Assembly (NCBI GenBank): GCA_012799205.1
Contig: JAAZLT010000178.1
Span: 13,213 to 77,212, forward strand
From: Clostridiales bacterium
GTDB taxonomy: Bacteria > Bacillota > Clostridia > Caldicoprobacterales > Xylanivirgaceae
DNA length: 64,000 nt
Direction: 5' to 3'
The stretch's first letter is position 1. Each line of letters starts with the position of its first letter. A program made the position numbers and the translations under genes. Below are positions 19,873 through 28,849 of the stretch, one piece after another. The notes beneath the pieces are model-generated. The model had not been told where the DNA came from. It did not search any database and saw only the letters and a list, made by a program, of their open reading frames with translations.

Positions 19873-20430
19873 TTAAAATGATACTGTTGGTGCTTGCCTG
19901 CTTGCCTCGTCTATTTCAAAGAATGTCTCTTCTTTGAAGTTAAACATGCCGGCAACAATGTTTCTCGGGAATCTTTGGATAGATGTATTATAGCCCATAA
20001 CTATGTCATTATAAAACTGTCTAGAAAAACTTATCTTATCCTCTGTGGCTGAGAGCTCTCCCTGAAGCTGTATAAAGCCTTGGTTAGCTTTTAAATCAGG
20101 GTATCTTTCCACCACTACCATAAGCCTATCTAGTGTTCTTGTCAGTTCATTATTGGCCTCCATCCTATCCTCTGGTGTAGATGCAGATGTAAACTTATTT
20201 CTTGCCTCTACAACCCTCTCTAGAGTTTCTTTTTCATGCTCTGCATATCCCTTTACAGTATTTACGATATTCGGTATTAAATCAAATCTGCGCTTTAACT
20301 GCACATCTATCTGAGCCCAAGAGTTTTTCACCTTATTTCTCATACTGATCAATGAATTATAAACTCCAATTACATACAAAGCGATAATTACAATAACACC
20401 TAGTATTATCCATAAAGCCATTTCTTTCAT
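19873..20430 (-). CDS. LemA family protein
   Basis: 185 aa with an N-terminal TM. WAQIDVQLKRRFDLIPNIV...ERYPDLKANQGF..LQ..L..TE..I...R..YN is the typical LemA pattern. Confidence 0.88.
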   Translation of the reverse strand: MKEMALWIILGVIVIIALYVIGVYNSLISMRNKVKNSWAQIDVQLKRRFDLIPNIVNTVKGYAEHEKETLERVVEARNKFTSASTPEDRMEANNELTRTLDRLMVVVERYPDLKANQGFIQLQGELSATEDKISFSRQFYNDIVMGYNTSIQRFPRNIVAGMFNFKEETFFEIDEASRQAPTVSF

Positions 20431-20444
20431 CTCCTTTTGATTTT

Positions 20445-22337
20445 TTAAAACGCACCACCGCCACCGCCGCTACCTCCACCACCTCCGCCACCACCGCTAA
20501 AGCCGCCACCAGTTCCCATGGTAGAAGATTCTGTGCTACTGGCTATAGCAGTATTTATAGTTCGCTCCATAGTTCTAGTAGTATTTTCTATTCTATCCAT
20601 GGCCATAAAATGCCTAGTCGCACTTGCCGTATATAGATAGGTTAAGGACGGATTTGTCAGCTCCTCAGGTGGTATAACAATCTTAAGCTGGCTAATTACC
20701 TCTTTTGCTACCCCAAGGGATATGGCATATACAAGGTAATGTTCCCATATCACTATGGATGGTGGTGTATATTCTTTTATATTGCTAAATTCTAATAAAA
20801 ATCTTCTAAAGGCTTTCCACAAATTATACTGCTCTGCCCCATAGGGAGTCCGACGCTTAAATGCAATGCTATATATAAGCATCAAGATTCCCGATGTAAG
20901 AGATATAAATCCTAGACCATTGCCCAAAGACATAATGAATATAGATATGATTATCCCAAGTACTCCCGTCGTTCCCCCAATAAGCTTTCCTGTTCCTAAA
21001 TTCTCATCAAAAAATTTCTCACTTTTAGCTTCTGCTCTGACCTTTGTTTGCCATGCCTGATAATTATTTTGGAAGCTTCGAGCCCCTGATGTGCTCTGTG
21101 TATAGCTCGTTAGTGCGTTAAGGGACATAGATGCACCATTTCCTATCTTGCCTATAAACCAATCTAAAAGGTAGCTTTCATGAGGTCTAAGCCCATCATC
21201 TTGCTTGTTTGTCCTTGTAAATATATAGTCTTCTTCCTTCTTTTTTACGAATAAGACCCGTCTTTCTATCTCTGCTGTATCTAGTTTTAAATATCCTCTT
21301 CGAACTAGATCCATCATAGTAGCTGTTATATCTTTGGTGCCTACAGAGCCAAAGCTATAAAGTACGCTCATTACTGCCGGTGAATAGTCTCCAGGCAGTT
21401 CCCTATAGTATCTTATATCCTTATTTACTCTATGTTCTTTATCATATTTTCTATACACATGTACAAATATTATGATGTATATAACTAATAGCAGGATAAC
21501 TAGGGCATTAGTCAATGCATAATATGTTCTATGCCTCTCTCTTTCGATATTAGCCTCCTCTGCCCAGCCCCTCTCTTCATCCATTATATCCTCTTTTACA
21601 TCCTCTCTTATAGTCTCCCTAACATCTGGGACAAGATCTGTAGGAAATAAAAGTCTTGCCTCTAGAAACTCCCCTGGCTCTATTTTAGGTGCTGTTAATA
21701 AAAGGTTTTGTCCATCTACCCGGGTGGACTCTCCAGTCAATGGGCCATGACCAAATATCTTCAAATCCTCTACACTGGCCCCTTTTGGTATATTTATATG
21801 AACGTCTACATTTTCTAGATCAAAATCCCAGCCTCCAGGTATAAACTGCCAGTAGAGTTCGGCTATATCCTCATATTTTGTAACTACATCCTTTAATATA
21901 TAGGTTATAACAAATGTCTTTCTTTCGTTTTGTGATGGCGAGAATATGGTAAGTCCCTTTATACTACCCTGATCCTCTATTGTAAATACGCCATCATCTC
22001 CTCTGTTGGCTCCATCTACTTTAGTAAACTTTAACAATCTAGATGTATCTAATGTATCAGGGGCAATTTCAGCTGATACATAAATATTTATATCCTCTAT
22101 ACCCCCAGAGCCACTTACATCTATATCTCTTAAGGCACCATTAAAGCTACCCCTAAAATTATATGTCATAATTTCTTGAATAGTCATAGAGCCGTCTGTA
22201 TCAACTTGTGCATATATAGTGTATTTGTCAATCTTTACAGATCCATCTGCAAAAGCAGTCGGTATAGCCATTACAATTAATAATAGGGTTATAATAATAA
22301 CTGTATACATATGTTTGTAATTTCCCAAGACTCTCAC
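20445..22337 (-). CDS. DUF2207-type membrane protein (LemA partner) with C-terminal poly-Gly tail
   Basis: 630 aa with a signal peptide, a large extracytoplasmic domain, several TMs and the tail GGGFSGGGGGGGGSGGGGGAF. It sits immediately upstream of LemA, as in the conserved pair. Confidence 0.75.
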   Translation of the reverse strand: MRVLGNYKHMYTVIIITLLLIVMAIPTAFADGSVKIDKYTIYAQVDTDGSMTIQEIMTYNFRGSFNGALRDIDVSGSGGIEDINIYVSAEIAPDTLDTSRLLKFTKVDGANRGDDGVFTIEDQGSIKGLTIFSPSQNERKTFVITYILKDVVTKYEDIAELYWQFIPGGWDFDLENVDVHINIPKGASVEDLKIFGHGPLTGESTRVDGQNLLLTAPKIEPGEFLEARLLFPTDLVPDVRETIREDVKEDIMDEERGWAEEANIERERHRTYYALTNALVILLLVIYIIIFVHVYRKYDKEHRVNKDIRYYRELPGDYSPAVMSVLYSFGSVGTKDITATMMDLVRRGYLKLDTAEIERRVLFVKKKEEDYIFTRTNKQDDGLRPHESYLLDWFIGKIGNGASMSLNALTSYTQSTSGARSFQNNYQAWQTKVRAEAKSEKFFDENLGTGKLIGGTTGVLGIIISIFIMSLGNGLGFISLTSGILMLIYSIAFKRRTPYGAEQYNLWKAFRRFLLEFSNIKEYTPPSIVIWEHYLVYAISLGVAKEVISQLKIVIPPEELTNPSLTYLYTASATRHFMAMDRIENTTRTMERTINTAIASSTESSTMGTGGGFSGGGGGGGGSGGGGGAF

Positions 22338-22410
22338 CTCCCATATCTTTAGAGCTATCTATATTATACTAGAATCTCAAAGAAATAACATAGTATTTAA
22401 CAAAGAATAT

Positions 22411-22433
22411 AAAAAAAAGGGAGCCGCGCTCCC
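22411..22433 (-). terminator. Intrinsic terminator after the heptad-repeat gene
   Basis: Minus RNA GGGAGC-GCG-GCUCCC followed by UUUUUUUU. Confidence 0.65.
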
Positions 22434-22478
22434 TCTCTCAACAATTTTATTATACAATCCTTCCAATCGATGACACCC

Positions 22479-22901
22479 TCACCTTATTTTTCTTAAAATG
22501 ATTTCCTCATGTTTTGACACCTCTTCTTCTATACGTGCAAGGCTTTCAGTATTCTGTTTGTATCCGTCAAATAGAGCATCAATCTTAGGCTTTATATCAT
22601 TTTCAATCTTTATATTAGTCTTTCTAATCTCTTTTTCCACATTGTTGAGCCTGCTATCCATACTATCGAGCCTGCTATCCATACTATCGAGCCTGCTATC
22701 CACACTATCGAGCCTGCTATCCACATTGTTGAGCCTGCTATCCACATTATCGAGCCTGCTATCCACATTATCGAGCCTGCTATCCACATTATCGAGCCTG
22801 CTATCCATACTATCGAGCCGTTTATCTACCTTTTGAAACCCCTCTTGCATCTCACCATATATCTTAGTTATCATCTGAAATAGTCTGTCTTCATCGCCCA
22901 T
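22479..22901 (-). CDS. Coiled-coil protein with tandem heptad repeats (V/M)DSRL(D/N)(N/S)
   Basis: 140-aa ORF with its own terminator. The central part is 8-9 consecutive 7-aa repeats encoded by 21-bp DNA repeats, between unique N- and C-terminal helical regions. Confidence 0.7.
   Translation of the reverse strand: MGDEDRLFQMITKIYGEMQEGFQKVDKRLDSMDSRLDNVDSRLDNVDSRLDNVDSRLNNVDSRLDSVDSRLDSMDSRLDSMDSRLNNVEKEIRKTNIKIENDIKPKIDALFDGYKQNTESLARIEEEVSKHEEIILRKIR
22647..22814. repeat. Tandem 21-bp repeat, 8 near-identical units (plus degenerate flanking units)
   Basis: Units of GAGCCTGCTATCCA(T/C)A(C/T)T(A/G)T(C/T) counted by hand at 22647, 22668, 22689, 22710, 22731, 22752, 22773 and 22794. They are in frame within the CDS. 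Confidence 0.95.
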
Positions 22902-22954
22902 TGTGGCTATCCTCCCCTCATACTTATTTGTATATAATAGGAGCTAATTTTGAT

Positions 22955-22992
22955 ATCTGAGAGAGTGTAATCATCCTTGCACTCTCTCAGAT
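22955..22992. promoter_or_regulatory. Perfect 13-bp inverted repeat (hairpin/operator candidate) upstream of the repeat gene
   Basis: ATCTGAGAGAGTG-N12-CACTCTCTCAGAT. There is no U-tract on either strand. It overlaps the expected -35 region of the downstream minus-strand gene. Confidence 0.35.
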
Positions 22993-23044
22993 AAGCAATT
23001 ACATTGCTAGTCTTGCTAATATCTTTATAAACTCTGCAGCCTAT

Positions 23045-23908
23045 CTAGATCATTTTAATATAGTTTTCTAAGTTTTCCTTTCCTATTCTTATCCCTCTTA
23101 TAGGATCCTCTATTCCTTCAAATTCTATGGATATCACTCCATCATATCCAGACTTGTCTAAAAGTCTTAGGCATTGGACTACTGGCACCACTCCATGGCC
23201 TACGATTGCACCTCTTATATAGTTTCCACCTCTAGTCATAAACCAGCCTTCACCTGGATTTGGGGTATCCCCAGATTTAAAGTGAAAATCTTTAGCATGT
23301 ACATGAAATACATATGGAAGTAGCCTGCCAACAGCCTTTACAGGGTCTTCATCCACACATAAAAAGTTTCCTATATCTAAAAGCAGACCAAAGTTTGGAT
23401 GCCCTACACCTGTGATAAGCCTTTCAATTCTGTCGCTATCTTGACAAAAGTATCCGTGATTTTCTACCATGGTCTTTATGCCAAGACTTTCGGCATATTC
23501 GGTTACCGCTGTATACCCTTCTATTAATACGGGTAGTGCCTGGTCAAAACCCTTTGCACCATCATCTCTTTTGCCGTAGCCGGCGCTTGCATCATGTCGC
23601 ATCATAGGAGATCCTAGTGCCTTTGCCACATCTACCTCGCCTTTGAGCCTTTCTATCTCATCTTCCAAGCCCCTATTTATAAAATCCGCTCCAACTGGAT
23701 AGTTGAGTATTGTGAGTCCTACTTTTGCACACTCTTCTCTGACCTGTTTTGCATAATCAATCATATTCACATTCTCTGGAGGATTTGGTAGACCAGAAAA
23801 TTCAATATAGTCAATCCCCATTTCCTTTGCCTTATGTACTATCTCAATGGCATTAAGATTAAGCTTATTATAGCTATAGGAACTTACCCCTATTTTCATA
23901 TATATCAT
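23045..23908 (-). CDS. Sugar phosphate isomerase/epimerase (xylose isomerase-like TIM barrel)
   Basis: 287 aa. IDYIEFSG, the pattern VENHG...LLDIGNF...HVHAKD, and the C-terminal ISIEFEG. Confidence 0.8.
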   Translation of the reverse strand: MIYMKIGVSSYSYNKLNLNAIEIVHKAKEMGIDYIEFSGLPNPPENVNMIDYAKQVREECAKVGLTILNYPVGADFINRGLEDEIERLKGEVDVAKALGSPMMRHDASAGYGKRDDGAKGFDQALPVLIEGYTAVTEYAESLGIKTMVENHGYFCQDSDRIERLITGVGHPNFGLLLDIGNFLCVDEDPVKAVGRLLPYVFHVHAKDFHFKSGDTPNPGEGWFMTRGGNYIRGAIVGHGVVPVVQCLRLLDKSGYDGVISIEFEGIEDPIRGIRIGKENLENYIKMI

Positions 23909-23992
23909 TCCTTCCGGTTTTCTTCTATTATACCCAGTAATATTAGATGAATCAATTATATTTTAAGAAAGTAGGATCTTTTGCATTATCCG

Positions 23993-24375
23993 TCAACTCT
24001 TTTGGATAAAACTAACCCTTTTACGGACCTTTATTCCAATAAAAGATGCAATGTATGCTTTTCTGCATTTTCTGTCACTTTACCTACTATAAAGGCCGTC
24101 GCTGCAAATCCTAATAGATAGCCAAATGTGGGATGAAATATATATTGAGGCCCTCCCCCTTCTGTGAATATGGGTATTCCAATTAGCCCAAGAGCTATAT
24201 ATACAAGCTGGGAGAAAAGACCACCGCGTGCCCCCAGAAGTATCCCTGATAATATGACAAAAAATATCTGTAGGGTAAATGGCACTGGTGGCAAGGGTAT
24301 TCTAATAAACGCCCCCACTGCTGTGAGGGCTGCAAATATAGATACTAAAATCATCTTATAGGTTCTATTTTTCAA
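23993..24375 (-). pseudogene. bioY: bioY pseudogene (internal out-of-frame deletion)
   Basis: The first ~105 aa align almost residue-for-residue with the intact BioY at 28216-28770. The ORF then stops (…HLLLE*). The last 18 codons of BioY (ASFIGIKVRKRVSFIQKS*) are readable in another frame, so ~55 codons are missing. Confidence 0.8.
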
Positions 24376-24412
24376 ATGTATTCCTCCAGTTAAACCCGTG
24401 AAGCTAGCTTAT

Positions 24413-25363
24413 TTATATTTTATTACGTTCTATAGAGTTTATAGCCAAGTTTCTTTCTTCTCTAGATAGATCTGGCCCATTATCATAGCTTTCAATAAAG
24501 TCTAATAATTGATCTACCTTTATAACTTTCGTTGGAGAATACTGAGCACCTTCTATTATACTTTCTACATTTGCCCAAACAATTAAATCTACTATTGGAA
24601 ATTTCCCTTCTAAGACACTGTCCAAAACCTTATGATGTCTTATAATTTGAAAGTTCACATTCTCTGTTCCTGTCTTTCTATCCCCTATTGTCCTATACCA
24701 ATTTCCTTCTTCATCTATAGTAAGATCACCAATAAAGTTTTTAATTTCAATGTTAAATACTGCCTTATCTCCAACGATTACAGTATCAAATTGCTGGGAT
24801 CTTCCATTGTATGGGAGTCTTATATCATTAAAAACTTTAAACCTATCTCTATCAAGCCACTCTAGTGCGTGTAAGACATCCTCTTCGCCTTTTTTTCCTG
24901 CCCTTCTTATCTTTACATCTTGTTCCTCTTTCGATATGTACGTTGACTTTTTAGGGTAATAGACTCCCCTTGTCCCTTTAACTTGCAATGCTTCAAATAA
25001 TTGAAGTTTAAGATTATAATCTATATCATCTCGCTCTGAAACCTGTCTATATGTTTCCCGTAAATTCCCCCATATACTTGGAGAATTTGGAGTGGCCATC
25101 TTTTTTATAAACTTAATGTAAGCTTTTACTGTTCTATTTGTTGGATTCTTTCTTAATTTCTTGCCAAACTTTCTTACTCCATAATACATCTTTATATTTC
25201 TTGAAACTACTATTATGAAGAGCGTAATAAAGGCTCCTCCAAAAAAGATAGGAGCTGTATTGCCTGCCTTCTGAATGGCGCCTGCTATATATACAAGTCG
25301 AAGCCACATAAACAACCATACCCCAAATAAAATTTTAAGAATAATGCCGAATATAAAACCCAT
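24413..25363 (-). CDS. NERD (nuclease-related domain) protein with N-terminal membrane anchor
   Basis: 316 aa with two N-terminal TM helices. The NERD-like core is EEDVLHALEWLDRDRFKVFNDIRLPYNGRSQQFDTVIVGDKAVFNIEIKNFIG. Confidence 0.7.
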   Translation of the reverse strand: MGFIFGIILKILFGVWLFMWLRLVYIAGAIQKAGNTAPIFFGGAFITLFIIVVSRNIKMYYGVRKFGKKLRKNPTNRTVKAYIKFIKKMATPNSPSIWGNLRETYRQVSERDDIDYNLKLQLFEALQVKGTRGVYYPKKSTYISKEEQDVKIRRAGKKGEEDVLHALEWLDRDRFKVFNDIRLPYNGRSQQFDTVIVGDKAVFNIEIKNFIGDLTIDEEGNWYRTIGDRKTGTENVNFQIIRHHKVLDSVLEGKFPIVDLIVWANVESIIEGAQYSPTKVIKVDQLLDFIESYDNGPDLSREERNLAINSIERNKI

Positions 25364-25629
25364 GCCTCTTAAAGCCTCCTCTTATTATAATTGTTTATAT
25401 ATATTCGACATATTACCACAGTTCTCCGCCTAATCCAATATCATCCCTAAGCTGTATTCTATTTTTATTAGAAATAGGAATTAAGACCCTTTCATTACAT
25501 CCCTTCCCCGCATATTATAAAGATAATTAATTATCTTTTACTAGTCCTATATACGGCTATGAAGGGCTTTGTGTAATACAAAATGCCTAGCTTATATATT
25601 CCTGCTTCTACAGCTACATTTTAATATAT

Positions 25630-26643
25630 TTACTTATTGACGTCTATAATCTGTTCAACAGTTTCCTTATCAATATCATTTAATCTGTTATAGGCTATTC
25701 CAGAATATTCATAAAACATACCTGATATTCCAGTATATTTTAATCCATCAATGGTACTTTTATTTGCCAAATTAAAAGTAAGATATCTACCTTGCCTTAC
25801 CGATTCTACCATGCTTACATCGTTTGCTCCGTAGTCAATCATATCCCAATTATCATCACCATAGCATATCATAGTAGATATGATTTTATATATATCCCTT
25901 ATATCGTCCGGATTTGTAACAGATAATGTCCCTATTTCATTTTGGATCTTTTTACCCGCATCAGTATTATCCATATCTGCCGGCTCTACAGTAATTGAAA
26001 TTATGTCCTTCTCCGAATCTATCCCATATATCAATTTAAGCACATCACTATACGGGTATTCATCACATGCAAAGTTTTGAAATTTGAATAATTCGTACGT
26101 CCCATCGTCTGCTTTTTGGATGATATATTGTAAATCATTATGCCCTGAAATATGGAATGTATCTCTTAAATCCCCTACATTTTTTCCTTTGCTTTTGTCT
26201 AGATCTTCGCTTGATATCGCATCTACTTTAGAATAGATAGCTTCATATTTTTCAATCTTTATTCTGGTAGTAATCAATATTTCCTCTTTTGCATCAGATG
26301 AATCAACTATCAGGTCTGACGCATTTACATATGCTTCACCTAAGCCGACATCCTTTTCGTCTGGTCCCAATTCTTCGATATTTTTATTGTCCTCAGATAT
26401 AATGGGATTTTCTAACCTATCGCCTATTAAATCATCTTGTTTTGGAACTAAAAATCTATGGGCTAAAAATGCTGATATAGCTAAAATACCAACGCAAGCA
26501 ACCGATATTATCCTCTTAATAAATACATTTTTCATTCTCTTATTTTTTACTACAAGATATTCTTTCTCCTTTTTGGGTTCAGCCTCAATTATATATTTAT
26601 CATCAATAGCGCCAATAAGATCCACAAGCTTTTTCTTTTTCAT
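25630..26643 (-). CDS. Putative anti-sigma factor (single-pass membrane protein)
   Basis: The start overlaps the sigma-factor stop (ATGA). N-terminus LIGAIDDKYIIEAEP, one TM (IISVACVGILAISAFLA), and a large extracytoplasmic domain. Confidence 0.6.
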   Translation of the reverse strand: MKKKKLVDLIGAIDDKYIIEAEPKKEKEYLVVKNKRMKNVFIKRIISVACVGILAISAFLAHRFLVPKQDDLIGDRLENPIISEDNKNIEELGPDEKDVGLGEAYVNASDLIVDSSDAKEEILITTRIKIEKYEAIYSKVDAISSEDLDKSKGKNVGDLRDTFHISGHNDLQYIIQKADDGTYELFKFQNFACDEYPYSDVLKLIYGIDSEKDIISITVEPADMDNTDAGKKIQNEIGTLSVTNPDDIRDIYKIISTMICYGDDNWDMIDYGANDVSMVESVRQGRYLTFNLANKSTIDGLKYTGISGMFYEYSGIAYNRLNDIDKETVEQIIDVNK

Positions 26644-27242
26644 AATGCAATCCCTTCTTTCTCTAGTTTTCTCTTTAAGCCCTTTCTGAGCCTAAAGAGG
26701 ATTGATTTTACCTTGCTTTCAGTGAAGCCATAGTCCTTCCCTATTGCCTTTATTTTACTCCCATACCAATAACGCCGTACAAATACTTTGCGCTGATCTT
26801 TACTTAATCCTTTGAGAAAATTATTAATCACATCTATCACGGCTCTTTCATTTAAAATTTCTTCTATATCCATTTGTATCGAGGGTATGCACTCCTCCAG
26901 TTCCGATAAGATAATATCAACCTGGTTTCCACCTCGCTTTAGAGCATTCATCTTCTCTAAATAATTTAAAGAAATGTTGCGAGTAATTCTACCAAGATAG
27001 GTACGCAGTATTGAGGGGCGTGCAGGCGGTATTGCATTCCAAGCCCTCAAAAAAGTTTCATTAACACATTCTTCTGCATCCTCTCTGTTTTGTAAAATTC
27101 TATAAGATATTGAATATAAATATCTTGAATATCTCGATTCTGCCCTAGCTATAGCTAATTCAGATCTTTGCCAAAATAGATCAACAATTTTTTCATCCTC
27201 TATTTTAAACACCTCCCTAGGGCTGATTTTAAAGGCCTTCAT
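26640..27242 (-). CDS. ECF-type RNA polymerase sigma-70 family factor
   Basis: 200 aa. Region 2 reads YLYSISYRILQNREDAEECVNETFLRAW. Region 4 reads LSKDQRKVFVRRYWYGSKIKAIGKDYGFTESKVKSILFRLRKGL. Confidence 0.85.
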   Translation of the reverse strand: MKAFKISPREVFKIEDEKIVDLFWQRSELAIARAESRYSRYLYSISYRILQNREDAEECVNETFLRAWNAIPPARPSILRTYLGRITRNISLNYLEKMNALKRGGNQVDIILSELEECIPSIQMDIEEILNERAVIDVINNFLKGLSKDQRKVFVRRYWYGSKIKAIGKDYGFTESKVKSILFRLRKGLKRKLEKEGIAL

Positions 27243-27292
27243 CTATATACACCAAAAGTATCACTTAAGGTTGCATTTTTCCGTTATTTCCC

Positions 27293-27327
27293 CCAAAAAA
27301 AATAATGACACCCTATTGTGTCATTAT
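27293..27327 (-). terminator. Intrinsic terminator after fic
   Basis: Minus RNA AUAAUGACAC-AAUAGG-GUGUCAUUAU followed by UUUUUUUU. Confidence 0.7.
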
Positions 27328-27378
27328 CATACGTTCTATTGTAAGATCTTTCTAATTTCTTATATATTTGATTATTTA

Positions 27379-28125
27379 TCATATATTATTGGCCGTTTCC
27401 AAAATCAGAATATACCTTTGTAACTCTTCTTCCACATATCCTGTGAGCATTTTCGTTAGCATTATTGGATTAGACTCATTTTTATGATAATCTGTAAAGC
27501 AATCATAATATTTTCGTCTATCCTTAAATTTAATATTAATAGGAGGATAACCTTCTTTCATAAGCTCAAGGTTTATAATAAGTCTCCCTGTTCTGCCATT
27601 TCCATCTATAAATGGATGTATGAATTCGAATTGTAGATGAAACATAGCAATCCTTTCTATTAAATGCTTATTTTCTATGTTTTTCTCATATTCTTGCATT
27701 AACTGTCCCATCAATACTGGTACTAGGTATGGTTGAGGCGGTTCGTGTATGGCCCCTGAAATAGTGACCGGGATTCGCCTATATCTTCCTTTATCTTGAG
27801 GTTTGTCCATCAAAACTATGCTATGGATATCTTTAATTATCTTTTCAGATAGTATAGATTTACCTTTAACTAAATCTTCAATGTATAGAAAGGCCTCTTT
27901 ATGCCCGATAGCTTCTAGATGCTCTCTTAAAGGTTTTTTATCTATTGTAATTCCCTCTTGGAGCACAAGGGCGGTTTCATGTAGTGTTAAAGTATTCCCT
28001 TCGATTGCATTGGAATTATATGTGAAATCTATTAAAAATTCATCCCTAATCCTTTTTACTTCACCCTCAGTTAAAGGCCTATGTTCATTTAATTTATTTA
28101 GTAAATCATCTACCTTTTTAAACAT
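27379..28125 (-). CDS. fic: Fic family protein (canonical AMPylase-type motif, N-terminal inhibitory helix)
   Basis: HPFIDGNGRTGR matches HxFx(D/E)GNGRxxR. The N-terminal SNAIEG matches the (S/T)xxxE(G/N) auto-inhibition motif. 248 aa. Confidence 0.88.
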   Translation of the reverse strand: MFKKVDDLLNKLNEHRPLTEGEVKRIRDEFLIDFTYNSNAIEGNTLTLHETALVLQEGITIDKKPLREHLEAIGHKEAFLYIEDLVKGKSILSEKIIKDIHSIVLMDKPQDKGRYRRIPVTISGAIHEPPQPYLVPVLMGQLMQEYEKNIENKHLIERIAMFHLQFEFIHPFIDGNGRTGRLIINLELMKEGYPPINIKFKDRRKYYDCFTDYHKNESNPIMLTKMLTGYVEEELQRYILILETANNI

Positions 28126-28215
28126 AAAGTTGCCTCCTGATTTTATTCTATTATATCCAGTTAGAGCTAATGAATCAATTGCATCTTTAGAAAGTATGAA
28201 ATATTGTATTATCCG

Positions 28216-28770
28216 TCAATTTTTTTGCATAAAATTGACTCTCTTTCGAACCTCAATCCCAATAAATGATGCCACAAACATCTTGGCAATATCCCATGGC
28301 AAAAATACAATAAAACCACTTAAAAGTATCTTGGGCATAGACGTTGGGACTTTACTAATATATTTTAGAATTATATATAGGTGTCCCACACCAAATGCAT
28401 AACTAACTACAAGGCCAACAAGTGTAGCCTTTAGATATTTTAAAAATGTATGATCTGCAATGCCCTCGGTCATCTTGCCTACTATGAAAGCTGCAAATGC
28501 AAATCCTATAAGATATCCAAATGTGGGATTAAGTACATATTGGGGCCCTCCACCCTCTGTAAATATGGGTATTCCAATTAGCCCAAGCACTATATATACA
28601 AGCTGTGACGCTAAGCCGCCGCGTGAGCCCAATAGGATGCCCGATAATACAACGAAGAATATTTGTAGTGTAAACGGTACTGGCGGCAATGGAATTTTAA
28701 TAAATGCACCAACTGCAGTAAGGGCCGCAAATATAGATATTAAAATCATCATATAAGTTCTGTTTTTCAC
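28216..28770 (-). CDS. bioY: Biotin transporter BioY (ECF S-component)
   Basis: 184 aa with 5-6 TM. IPLPPVPFTLQ...GGGPQY...PTFGYLIGF and the C-terminal FLPWDIAKM are characteristic of BioY. Confidence 0.88.
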   Translation of the reverse strand: MKNRTYMMILISIFAALTAVGAFIKIPLPPVPFTLQIFFVVLSGILLGSRGGLASQLVYIVLGLIGIPIFTEGGGPQYVLNPTFGYLIGFAFAAFIVGKMTEGIADHTFLKYLKATLVGLVVSYAFGVGHLYIILKYISKVPTSMPKILLSGFIVFLPWDIAKMFVASFIGIEVRKRVNFMQKN

Positions 28771-28820
28771 TAGAAATCACCTCTTTTAATCTTCAGATTT
28801 AAAACAGACTGCTTTACGCT

Positions 28821-28849
28821 TATAATAGATGAAATCTAAAACATCGTCA
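28821..28849 (-). promoter_or_regulatory. Putative sigma-A promoter of bioY-fic
   Basis: Minus strand TTGACG-17 nt-TATTAT, ~45 nt upstream of the bioY start. Confidence 0.4.

Noticed and set aside
20451-20520. GC-rich CCACC/GCCGCC repeats that might be a regulatory or slippage tract
   Set aside because: It is simply the coding sequence of the poly-Gly tail of the DUF2207 protein, using mixed Gly codons. There is no homopolymer run long enough for obvious phase variation.
22647-22814. Regularly spaced 21-bp repeats that could superficially suggest a CRISPR-like array
   Set aside because: The units are directly adjacent with no spacers. They lie entirely inside an ORF and in frame, encoding heptads. 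No cas genes or leader are present.
22498-22836. 112-aa plus-strand ORF (LLSILSS... repeats)
   Set aside because: It is the antisense shadow of the heptad-repeat gene. The periodic Leu/Ser sequence is an artefact of reading the 21-bp repeat backwards. It has no RBS, and the minus-strand gene has a terminator and a sensible coiled-coil sequence.
25134-25319. 61-aa minus-strand ORF nested in the NERD gene in another frame
   Set aside because: It overlaps the longer, domain-containing frame on the same strand, and there is no independent support.
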